Shown: positions 56,192 through 64,000 of the stretch, one piece after another
Numbering within the stretch: the stretch's first letter is position 1
Layout of the letters: each line of letters opens with the position of its first letter
Made by a program: the position numbers and the translations under genes
Notes under the pieces: generated by a model
The model's database searches: none
Seen by the model: only the letters and a program-made list of their open reading frames with translations
What the model was told of the DNA's origin: nothing
Origin: Syntrophomonadaceae bacterium
GTDB lineage: Bacteria > Bacillota > Dethiobacteria > SKNC01
Length of the DNA stretch: 64,000 nucleotides
Direction: 5' to 3'
NCBI GenBank assembly: GCA_003560915.1
Contig: PWJM01000053.1
Span: 891 to 64,890 of the forward strand

Positions 56192-58468
56192 TTATTCTTC
56201 TTTATCTTCGTCTTCATTGGTGTCTTCAAAAGAAAAGTTTCCTAAAACCTCTCCCATGGTAAACCCTGAGCCCCTGGTATCTTCATCCACCTTCTCATGG
56301 ACTACTTCTGGCTTTGTTTTTTCTTCTGAATCTTTATTTGCTTCCCTCAGGCTCAAACTAATCCTCTTATCGCTGGGGTTAATGTCTAATATTTTAACAG
56401 TAATTTCCTGTCCTTCACTAACCAGTTCACTGGGATGGGTTACATGTTCATCCGCCAGCTGTGAAATATGGACTAACCCCTCAACCCCGGGCATAATCTC
56501 TACAAAAACTCCAAAATCTACAACACATTTTATAGCTCCGGTAACCAGCTCGCCCTTATTAAAGTTCTTATTCACCACACTCCAAGGATCTGGCCTGGCC
56601 TGCTTTATGCTGAGTGAAATTCTTTCCTCTTCAGGATTAATGGAAAGAACTTTTACATCCACTGACTCTCCCACTTCTAGTTCAGCCGAGGGATGATCTA
56701 TTCTCTGCCAGGAAATCTCCGAGATATGGACCAACCCGTCAATACCGCCAATATCAACAAAGGCCCCAAAATCTGTTAATCTTCTTACTTCCCCTTGAAT
56801 TACTTCACCCTGGTCAATGTTGGCCAAAGTTTCTTTTTTTATCTCCTGCTGTTCTTCCTCCAGGACCTTTTTACGGGAAACAACCACTTTGTTCTTTGAA
56901 CGGTTAAGCTCAATAACATTGATCTTCATTTCTTCCCCTACAAACTGCTGAAGGTCGGGGACGTATCTTAAATCTACCAGTGAAGCCGGCAAAAATGCCC
57001 TTATGCCCAAATCCAGGATCAGGCCTCCCTTTACCACTTCAGAAACTACGGCCGTCATCTGCTCACCAGTTTCAAAGGCGTTCTCCAAATCATTCCACAG
57101 CTTTTCACGGTCGTATCGTTTTTTAGATAAAATTACCCGTTCTTCATCGGCAGAGGGCACTTTAAGTACATAAAGGTCCAGCTCATCTCCCACCTGAAAC
57201 TGGTCTTGTAAAGATTCCCCCTCCTTGAGGTTTACTTCAGTTCTAGGAACAACCCCGTCGTTTTTCAAATTCAGGTCAACATACATTTCACTTTCGGTTA
57301 CCTGAATTATTTTTCCTTTGATTACACTGCCCTTTTTGGGTATACTGCTGGTATATTCTTCGGAGGTAAGCATATCCTCAGACTTTTCTGTCTCCTGGGC
57401 TGCTATTTCCTGGGGCTCCTCCTGCGAATCCTCAACGGCCTCTTCCCCTTCCTCAGCTTCTTGTTGTACTTCAGGGGCTTCTTCCGTTTCAATCTTTTCT
57501 TCAGTTTCTTCCGGTTCTTCTTGGGTGCTGTTTATTTCCTGCTTTTCTTCACTCACTTCTTCCTCTGCCTCTCCTTCTATCTTATCTTCATTCAGGTTTT
57601 CTTCCTCAAGAACTTCTTTTTCTTCACTGTTGTCATTCATAAATTCTGACATTTTACTGTATACCTCCTTTAGACTCCAGATGGGTGTGGAAGCACCGGC
57701 AGTCACACCCACAACATTTATATTGTCCAACCATCCCTTTTTTAAATCCCCTGCTTTTTCAATATGGTAGGTTGGTGTACCGGTCTTTTCACATACGGCG
57801 GCCAGCTTCCTGGTGTTAGAGCTGTTGTACCCGCCAATTACAATGATAAGATTTACTTTTTTCGCCAGTTCCGCAGCCGCTTTTTGCCTTAAATCCGTTG
57901 CTTTACATATGGTCTTATGGATTTGTGCCCCGGGATGAAATTTTTTAATTTCTTTCACTACCCGGTCAAAATATTCTTCTGCCAGTGTAGTTTGAGAAAC
58001 TACCGCTATTTCTTTGTCCTGGCATTCTTTCTTTACTTTTTGGATATCATCTACCACCACTGCCTGTCCCCGGGACCAGCCAACCAGCCCTTTCACCTCC
58101 GGGTGTTCAGGGTCACCCACGATAATAATTTTATAACCCTCTTGAGTTAACCGGGATACTTTGTTTTGTACCTTTTTCACAAAGGGACAGGTAGCGTCAA
58201 TGATTTTTAATTTTTTCCTCTCCGCCTCCTCTACAATTTCAGGCGGAACTCCATGACTTCTAAAGATTACTACGCCCTCTTCAATTTCATCCAGCTCATT
58301 TACATATTTAATACCCCTCTTTTGGAGCTCATCCACCACCTGTTGGTTGTGGACCAGCGGTCCCAGAGTAAAAAGTTTATGACCCTGATCTGCTGTTTCA
58401 AAAGTTTTGTTAAGGGCTCTTTCTACCCCGGTACAAAAACCTGCGTGCTCGGCAAACCTGATTTTCAA
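56192..58468 (-). CDS. ispH: Bifunctional HMBPP reductase / 30S ribosomal protein S1 fusion
   Basis: GFC.GV.RA, HN, DATCPFV, HPEV, QTT, IC.AT..RQ, SSNT, TAGASTP, then an acidic linker and four S1 repeats (e.g. FGAFVDIGGIDGLVHISEISW). Confidence 0.95.
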   Translation of the reverse strand: MKIRFAEHAGFCTGVERALNKTFETADQGHKLFTLGPLVHNQQVVDELQKRGIKYVNELDEIEEGVVIFRSHGVPPEIVEEAERKKLKIIDATCPFVKKVQNKVSRLTQEGYKIIIVGDPEHPEVKGLVGWSRGQAVVVDDIQKVKKECQDKEIAVVSQTTLAEEYFDRVVKEIKKFHPGAQIHKTICKATDLRQKAAAELAKKVNLIIVIGGYNSSNTRKLAAVCEKTGTPTYHIEKAGDLKKGWLDNINVVGVTAGASTPIWSLKEVYSKMSEFMNDNSEEKEVLEEENLNEDKIEGEAEEEVSEEKQEINSTQEEPEETEEKIETEEAPEVQQEAEEGEEAVEDSQEEPQEIAAQETEKSEDMLTSEEYTSSIPKKGSVIKGKIIQVTESEMYVDLNLKNDGVVPRTEVNLKEGESLQDQFQVGDELDLYVLKVPSADEERVILSKKRYDREKLWNDLENAFETGEQMTAVVSEVVKGGLILDLGIRAFLPASLVDLRYVPDLQQFVGEEMKINVIELNRSKNKVVVSRKKVLEEEQQEIKKETLANIDQGEVIQGEVRRLTDFGAFVDIGGIDGLVHISEISWQRIDHPSAELEVGESVDVKVLSINPEEERISLSIKQARPDPWSVVNKNFNKGELVTGAIKCVVDFGVFVEIMPGVEGLVHISQLADEHVTHPSELVSEGQEITVKILDINPSDKRISLSLREANKDSEEKTKPEVVHEKVDEDTRGSGFTMGEVLGNFSFEDTNEDEDKEE

Positions 58469-58507
58469 ATGCCATCTCTCCTGGTAGGCCTGTTATTATA
58501 AATATCT

Positions 58508-59080
58508 CTACAGCATGTCAGCAATGGCCTGCATTATGCTGCTGCTTACCTGATCTATAGTTTTTCCTTTTTCATCGATTTTAATATCCTCTGCATAAAA
58601 AGGACGGCCAATTCTTACTGTTGTTTTCTTAAAGAGCTTAAATGACCCCTTAATGGCCACCGGGACAACGGGTGCCTTACTCTTTAAGGCGATATATCCT
58701 GCACCGGGAAGAGGTTTTAAGAGTTTACCGGTCTTACTGCGTGTCCCCTCCGGAAACAGTGTAAGGACTTTCCCCTGGTGAAGATTATTTAATGCCGTCT
58801 TAATCGCCTTTCTATCAGCTACTCCCCTTCTAACAGGGAACCCACCCAGGGCATACATAATTCTTTTAAAAATAAAATTTTCAAACAGCTCCTCTTTTGC
58901 CATATATGTACTGGGCCTGGGATTTATGACCGCCATCAAGGGCGGATCCCACCAGCTGATATGATTAGAACAAATAATTACAGGGCCTTTATCAGGAATG
59001 TTTTCAGCCCCGACTATCTGAATTCGAAAAAATATTTTTAATATTATGGTGAAACCAGATTTTACAAGAAAATATAACAT
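58508..59080 (-). CDS. plsC: 1-acyl-sn-glycerol-3-phosphate acyltransferase
   Basis: NHISWWD, AKEEL, FPVRRG, FPEGTRS. Confidence 0.93.
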   Translation of the reverse strand: MLYFLVKSGFTIILKIFFRIQIVGAENIPDKGPVIICSNHISWWDPPLMAVINPRPSTYMAKEELFENFIFKRIMYALGGFPVRRGVADRKAIKTALNNLHQGKVLTLFPEGTRSKTGKLLKPLPGAGYIALKSKAPVVPVAIKGSFKLFKKTTVRIGRPFYAEDIKIDEKGKTIDQVSSSIMQAIADML

Positions 59081-59096
59081 AACCCTACCTCGAAAT

Positions 59097-59783
59097 TTAA
59101 ATTGAACCAGCCTGGATACACGCTTTTACATGTTTTACCATTTTCCCTATAACTTCCTCCACACTGAGATGAGTTGTATCGATGAGAATTGCGTCTTCCG
59201 CCGCCACCAGTGGGGCTAATTCTCTTTCTGTGTCAATTTTATCCCTCAGGCTGATATCTTTTTGTACTTCTTCCAGATTTGTACTGTGACCCTGCTCCTT
59301 TAATTCGAGATAGCGCCTTTTGGCCCTTTCCTCCAGGGAAGCTGTAATAAAAAATTTAAAATCAGCCCCGGGTAAAACATTCGTGCCTATATCCCTTCCA
59401 TCCATGACTACCCCACCATTGGAAGCGATCTCCTGCTGCTGGGAAACCATCATATCCCTTACTCTTGAATTTTTAGCCACCAGGGACACTTTCCGATTCA
59501 CTGCCGGATCCCTGATTTCTGCGGTAACATCAATATCATCCAGATATAAAAGATTGCTGCCCCCTGCACCCTTTTCGACATTAATCACGGTATTTGAGGT
59601 AAGGGATTCTATCTCCCGGGATTGATCAAAGTTTATACCTTTTAATATTCCCTTCCAGGTTAATGCCCTGTACATGGCACCTGTATCTATATACTTCAAA
59701 CCCAGCCTGGAAGCAATTTCCTTGGCAGCGGTACTTTTTCCCGCTCCCGCCGGGCCATCAATAGCTATATTAATATTATACAA
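59097..59783 (-). CDS. cmk: Cytidylate kinase
   Basis: IAIDGPAGAGKST, IDTGAMYR, MDGRDIGT, RDKID..R; TTG start after GGAGGTG. Confidence 0.96.
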   Translation of the reverse strand: MYNINIAIDGPAGAGKSTAAKEIASRLGLKYIDTGAMYRALTWKGILKGINFDQSREIESLTSNTVINVEKGAGGSNLLYLDDIDVTAEIRDPAVNRKVSLVAKNSRVRDMMVSQQQEIASNGGVVMDGRDIGTNVLPGADFKFFITASLEERAKRRYLELKEQGHSTNLEEVQKDISLRDKIDTERELAPLVAAEDAILIDTTHLSVEEVIGKMVKHVKACIQAGSI

Positions 59784-59818
59784 TAAATGCACCTCCAAAC
59801 TCCCATGCCGTTAAATAA

Positions 59819-59843
59819 ATTCTCTAAAAAAAGGCTATTTCCT
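59819..59843 (-). promoter_or_regulatory. Sigma-H-like promoter upstream of cmk
   Basis: Minus strand AGGA-17 nt-GAAT. Confidence 0.4.
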
Positions 59844-59894
59844 CTAATTATTGAAAAAAACGCAAAAACAACACCATAAGTGTTGTTGATAAAA

Positions 59895-60266
59895 TTACAA
59901 GTCATCCCGCAATTTCTTTGCTTCTTTTAGATATACATGCTTAATTTGATCCTGTTTTAAGAAAGTGTTAACATGCATGAGTACCCTTACACAATTTTGC
60001 AAAGAATCCGGAACATCAATTTCTACAGAACACAGCATGGGCACATACTTCCAACCCAGTTCCCTGGCAGCCATTGCTGGGAAAGAAGCATTCAGTCCAG
60101 ATGTACTGGTAAATAAGATGCTGCAGATATCTTCTGCCTTGATCTGATTTTTTTCTACTATTTCTAATAGCAGCAGCTTTGTTTCCTTTATAATGCAATC
60201 TGCTTCATTTTTTTCGATGTATGTCGCTCCTCGAATGCCTCTAACCATAACGCTCACCAATGTCAT
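59895..60266 (-). CDS. aroH: Chorismate mutase (AroH class)
   Basis: VRGIRGAT, FPAMAAR, CVRVLMH, HVYL..A..LRDDL. Confidence 0.95.
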   Translation of the reverse strand: MTLVSVMVRGIRGATYIEKNEADCIIKETKLLLLEIVEKNQIKAEDICSILFTSTSGLNASFPAMAARELGWKYVPMLCSVEIDVPDSLQNCVRVLMHVNTFLKQDQIKHVYLKEAKKLRDDL

Positions 60267-60394
60267 CCCCTAATTGCTACAATCCCTTTAACAAATGATA
60301 CATTATTTTTGCAGCGTTGGCAAGTCCTTTATCATTTAAGCGAGAAGACCTCTTCCTCTAAGCAAAGCTAAGGTAGGGGAAGAATCTGAGTAGT

Positions 60395-60895
60395 TCAATC
60401 GGTAATTACCCAACCCAGCAGTTCTACAGTACCATAAGTAATTACCATCGCCTGGGACATGGCAGGGATTATGTCCTGTGAAGCCTCTCGAACCGTGACT
60501 CTGATGGGGAAATCATAACTGCTGCCATCGATTTCAACCATATTCCCTTTACGCACCCTTATTTCTACCTGGTTATCCTCAAAATTATATACTTTATCTT
60601 CGTCTACAATAACCTTTAACTCTGTTAACCCAACCTCAGCCTCAGCCTCCAGCAGCAAATAGTATTCTTCATCAGATATTGTTTGGTCTGTTGGGGAAAC
60701 CACCGGACGATCCAGTTCATAATCATCCAAAGAAGCCCCTTCCCTCTGGTCCACCACAGATAAAAAGTATCGAACGTTCTCATTGCTCATTACCACCTGG
60801 GTTACAATCAGGAGGACCAAAAGCCCCAGAACTGATCTAAATAAAAAGAAGTCAAACTTATCCGTAACCCTGGTAAACCATCGTTCAAATTTCAT
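60395..60895 (-). CDS. Hypothetical protein with N-terminal membrane anchor
   Basis: One hydrophobic helix followed by an acidic beta-rich region; no family recognised. Confidence 0.7.
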   Translation of the reverse strand: MKFERWFTRVTDKFDFFLFRSVLGLLVLLIVTQVVMSNENVRYFLSVVDQREGASLDDYELDRPVVSPTDQTISDEEYYLLLEAEAEVGLTELKVIVDEDKVYNFEDNQVEIRVRKGNMVEIDGSSYDFPIRVTVREASQDIIPAMSQAMVITYGTVELLGWVITD

Positions 60896-61021
60896 AATGA
60901 ATCCCCCACTTCTCCATATAAGGCCAAATTGTTTAATTTCTTACCTTATATTATGTCCATATGGGGAAAATCATTCTTGCCCCTGCACAAAAAAATAGGC
61001 GGTCCACTTTGGCCGCCATCC

Positions 61022-61480
61022 TCACTCTTTGTATTTCTTTACTTTCAAAAAAATCATATTTTTTATCTCTTCATTGAACTTAAAGAGAAGTCTTTCTACC
61101 TGATGTTTTTTCAATTCCACGCTGTCCGGTTCCAGGATCTCAATTTTTCTAAACTCATCCCTCACAATGAATCTAACTATATCCTCCACATTGTATGCGC
61201 TCACCTGGAGCTCCATGGGAGCGTAAGCAATTTCTTCATCCAGGTCCTCATCATAGACACTATATATTTCTCCCAGGTCAATATTTTCTACCTTTACTCC
61301 TTGAATGGGAATATTTCTCCACATGGCCATCTGCTGATCCCGAATATCTTCAGCAATATTTTCTGAGTTTTTTTTGCCAAAGAATAATTTGGCCGGCCTG
61401 GGCCTTCCCATATAATCAAAACGCACTCTAAATTTGATTGGTTTTTTTGGATACAGCTCTTCAACCTTTTCACAAACCAT
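61022..61480 (-). CDS. Conserved-looking hypothetical protein
   Basis: SD AAGGAGGG; motifs FRVRFDYMG, WRNIPIQG, EFRKIEILEP; function unknown. Confidence 0.75.
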   Translation of the reverse strand: MVCEKVEELYPKKPIKFRVRFDYMGRPRPAKLFFGKKNSENIAEDIRDQQMAMWRNIPIQGVKVENIDLGEIYSVYDEDLDEEIAYAPMELQVSAYNVEDIVRFIVRDEFRKIEILEPDSVELKKHQVERLLFKFNEEIKNMIFLKVKKYKE

Positions 61481-61536
61481 TGATGTCCCTCCTTTAAAGA
61501 GGCTGAAACCTATTATTTCCTTTTATTAATATGATA

Positions 61537-61563
61537 ATTCGTGAAAAAATTGAAAAATCCTGC
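61537..61563 (-). promoter_or_regulatory. Sigma-H-like promoter
   Basis: GCAGGATTT...ACGAAT with AGGA-17 nt-GAAT, upstream of the 61480 gene. Confidence 0.5.
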
Positions 61564-61583
61564 CATTATTCTGTCGAATCATT

Positions 61584-62282
61584 TTACTTTTTGTCCGCCA
61601 GGTGACACACGTCATTAAAGAGAACCAGGTAAGATTGATTTTCGTAATACTGAATCAAACTTAAAGAAGCGGGGGAGACAGCAAGGCAGGATAGATGGGA
61701 AAGGTTCATGCTCAGCACCTGGGAAATCATAATTTTGATAGGCCCACCGTGAGAAACCAACAAAATATTCTTTTCCTTCTTTTTCAGAACAGAGGCGATA
61801 AACTCCATCACCCTTTTCTTCACATCCTCCAGGGATTCCCCTCCCGGGATAAAACAGTTGACCGGATCCTGCAGCCAGCGTTGATAATACTCTTTCTCCT
61901 CCCTGGAGAATTCCTCGTATTTTTTACCTTCCCAATCTCCAAAACTGATTTCCCTAAGTTTTTCTGTTCTATAAACTTGAACTTGCCCCTTAAATTCCTG
62001 GGCAATAATTTCTGAAGTTTTAGCCGCTCGATTTAAATCACTGCAGTAAATGAAATCAATCCCCAGATTTTTCAAAATCTTTGCTGCTTTTTCAGCCTGC
62101 AGGATCCCTTTGGGGCTAAGGGGGGTATCCTTTTGCCCCTGTAAACGCCACTGGTCGTTCCACTCCGTTTCACCATGTCTTAGCAGATATAAGGTCTTTA
62201 ACAAATTCCCACAACCTTTCAGGAGGATTGTACCCCTCTCACCATCTTTTTCAGGTTCTTTTCTTCTCAGGAATTCACCCAT
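61584..62282 (-). CDS. cobC: Histidine phosphatase, probable alpha-ribazole phosphatase
   Basis: RHGET, SDLNRA, LREISFGDWEG, PGGES, VSHGG; follows cobS-cobD. The start may be TTG 62204. Confidence 0.8.
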   Translation of the reverse strand: MGEFLRRKEPEKDGERGTILLKGCGNLLKTLYLLRHGETEWNDQWRLQGQKDTPLSPKGILQAEKAAKILKNLGIDFIYCSDLNRAAKTSEIIAQEFKGQVQVYRTEKLREISFGDWEGKKYEEFSREEKEYYQRWLQDPVNCFIPGGESLEDVKKRVMEFIASVLKKKEKNILLVSHGGPIKIMISQVLSMNLSHLSCLAVSPASLSLIQYYENQSYLVLFNDVCHLADKK

Positions 62283-62309
62283 AAAATATGGTTAGTTTCC
62301 ATTTTAGTC

Positions 62310-63410
62310 TCAGGGGGACACACCTGTTACCCCAATTACTTCTTGTAATGCCTGGATTAGTTTTTGATTTTCTTCTCTTTTTCGAACTGCAATCCTTATA
62401 AAACGGGAATCCAAATTGGGATAATTAGAACAATCCCGGATTAAAAATCCTTTTCGGGAGAGAGCCTCCCTCAGCCCTCTGGAGGTAAGGTTATTGCCCG
62501 TCAACTGTACGAAAATATAATTGACCGACGGAAGATAAGGCTTCAACCCTTTAATAGTAGACAGTTTCTGATAAAAAACTGCCTTTTCTTTGTCTATGTA
62601 CTGTCGGGTTTTATCTATATAGTGTTCATCCAACAGGCTCTCTTTTCCTGCCACCTGTGCCAGGGTATTTACATTCCAGGGATCCTTGGCCAGATGCATT
62701 TTTCTTATTATTTCTGCCGGCCCTACCCCCCACCCCAGTCGAAGTCCGGGAATGGCAAAAAACTTGGTCATTGACCTTAAAACAAATACGTTATTTAAAG
62801 CCTCCTTTTCAAAAAGAAAGGAATACGCATTCTCCTGCATTAAGAAATCCATAAAAGCTTCATCCAGCACCATAAAAAGGTTTTTCTTTTCCGCAATTTC
62901 AACAATCCCTCTCACCTGTTCTCTGTTCAAAAGAGTCCCTGTAGGATTGTTGGGATTGCATAGAAACAGTACATCGTGCGATTCATCCATTTCTTCCAGA
63001 TCCTCTATTGGGAAAGAAAAATCCTCATGGATATTTAAGTTCAAAAAATGAACCTCACTACCTACACTCTGAGCCGCAAACTGGTATTCAATAAAAGTGG
63101 GCGCCGGGATTAATACTTTCCGGGGATGCAGCACTTTCATTAAAATAAAAATAAGCTCACTGGCTCCATTCCCAAAAATCAGGTTCTCGTCTTTTATAGG
63201 GTAAATATTTTTTAATGCTCCCCTTAATTCAGTACATTCCGGGTCAGGGTAATGAATTATCTCCCACAAATGTTCTTTTATCTTCTCCACAGCTTTAGAA
63301 GATGATCCCAGGGGGTTAATATTTGCGCTGAAATCAATCAAATCCCCTTCACTGAACCCCAGCTTTTTCCCTACTTTTACTGCATCTCCACCGTGAATTC
63401 TTTTGGTCAT
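62310..63410 (-). CDS. cobD: L-threonine-O-3-phosphate decarboxylase
   Basis: HGG, DFSANINPLG, YPDP, GNGASE, CNPNNPTG, DEAFMDF, RSMTKFFAIPGLRLG. Confidence 0.92.
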   Translation of the reverse strand: MTKRIHGGDAVKVGKKLGFSEGDLIDFSANINPLGSSSKAVEKIKEHLWEIIHYPDPECTELRGALKNIYPIKDENLIFGNGASELIFILMKVLHPRKVLIPAPTFIEYQFAAQSVGSEVHFLNLNIHEDFSFPIEDLEEMDESHDVLFLCNPNNPTGTLLNREQVRGIVEIAEKKNLFMVLDEAFMDFLMQENAYSFLFEKEALNNVFVLRSMTKFFAIPGLRLGWGVGPAEIIRKMHLAKDPWNVNTLAQVAGKESLLDEHYIDKTRQYIDKEKAVFYQKLSTIKGLKPYLPSVNYIFVQLTGNNLTSRGLREALSRKGFLIRDCSNYPNLDSRFIRIAVRKREENQKLIQALQEVIGVTGVSP

Positions 63411-63435
63411 AACCTTCATCCTTTGCTGTATTTTT

Positions 63436-64000
63436 TTACACAAGCATTACCGCTAATATTAGCACTTCTGCCATTTCAATGGCTGCTCCCAAAGTATCCC
63501 CGGTGATCCCCCCGATCTTTTTTTTCAGGTAACTGTTCCACAACCAGATGAAAATTATTAATACAAAATAAATACTGAATACTTTCACCCCGATGATAAA
63601 CAAACCGACAACCAGGCTGAAAACAGTGGTTACTAAGACTTCTTTCCACCCTACCCCATCCACCAGTACTTTACCCAGACCATACCCTTCCCGGGCATAA
63701 TCCGCCAGGGGCATGGAAATTACGGCGGCCAGTCGAGAAAAAACCGGCAATACCAGCAAAATTTCGGGGAAAATACCGGTACTAATATGCTGAAGGAAAC
63801 TAAGCTTTAACAACAGCAAAATAACTACCCCTATAACCCCAAAAGCACCTACCCTGCTGTCCCTCATAATTTCCAAGGCTCTCTCCTTTTCCGCACCACT
63901 TCCCAGGGCATCCATAGTATCCATAAAACCGTCCAGGTGAAGTCCACCAGATAGAATAACCAGCGAAGCCAGGATCACCACAGGCTTCACTCCGGTGGGC
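63436..64000 (-). CDS. cobS: Adenosylcobinamide-GDP ribazoletransferase (5' end off the window)
   Basis: GGLHLDGFMDTMD, LEIMRDSRVGAFG, GGITGDTLGA. Confidence 0.93.
   Translation of the reverse strand, partial: PTGVKPVVILASLVILSGGLHLDGFMDTMDALGSGAEKERALEIMRDSRVGAFGVIGVVILLLLKLSFLQHISTGIFPEILLVLPVFSRLAAVISMPLADYAREGYGLGKVLVDGVGWKEVLVTTVFSLVVGLFIIGVKVFSIYFVLIIFIWLWNSYLKKKIGGITGDTLGAAIEMAEVLILAVMLV

Noticed and set aside
1-64000. CRISPR array, rRNA, intact transposase or prophage
   Set aside because: No regularly spaced repeat-spacer array, rRNA signature or intact mobility gene was found by eye or in the ORF track.

Overview
Chromosomal window from a spore-forming, probably anaerobic Bacillota (Clostridia-like) bacterium; spoIVA, spoIIP, a clostridial AbrB and an ispH-rpsA fusion support this. 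Most genes are on the minus strand. Left to right: (1) nucleoside-salvage run mtnP-mtnA-class II aldolase-mtaD-surE-rtcB-deoC; (2) TPR gene and tRNA-Gln/Lys/Leu; (3) small accessory genes (Usp, orphan, TspO-like, AbrB, orphan DNA methyltransferase); (4) speD-speE-ndk; (5) C69 peptidase, LPXTG fasciclin, and a decayed integrase/IS relic at tRNA-Pro; (6) a giant 2-hydroxyacyl-CoA dehydratase activator-like gene; (7) bacillithiol bshC-bshB1-bshA and rlmD; (8) a PAS hybrid kinase and a selenium-dependent molybdenum hydroxylase cluster whose maturation run carries an ECF transporter, a methyltransferase, an NTPase, a truncated ModE and a ModE-like palindrome; (9) the conserved aroH-cmk-plsC-ispH/rpsA-fni-spoIIP-YIEGIA-der-plsY-gpsA-spoIVA block; (10) cobS-cobD-cobC. 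No CRISPR array, rRNA or intact mobile element was seen. Best leads: the ECF/methyltransferase/NTPase module in the Se-Mo hydroxylase cluster, a dispersed hairpin family with a conserved ACCGTCCCC loop and covarying arms, probable AUU/AUA start codons, the integrase relic at tRNA-Pro, and an internal ribosome-binding site in ispH-rpsA. All family calls come from motif recognition by eye, not database searches.
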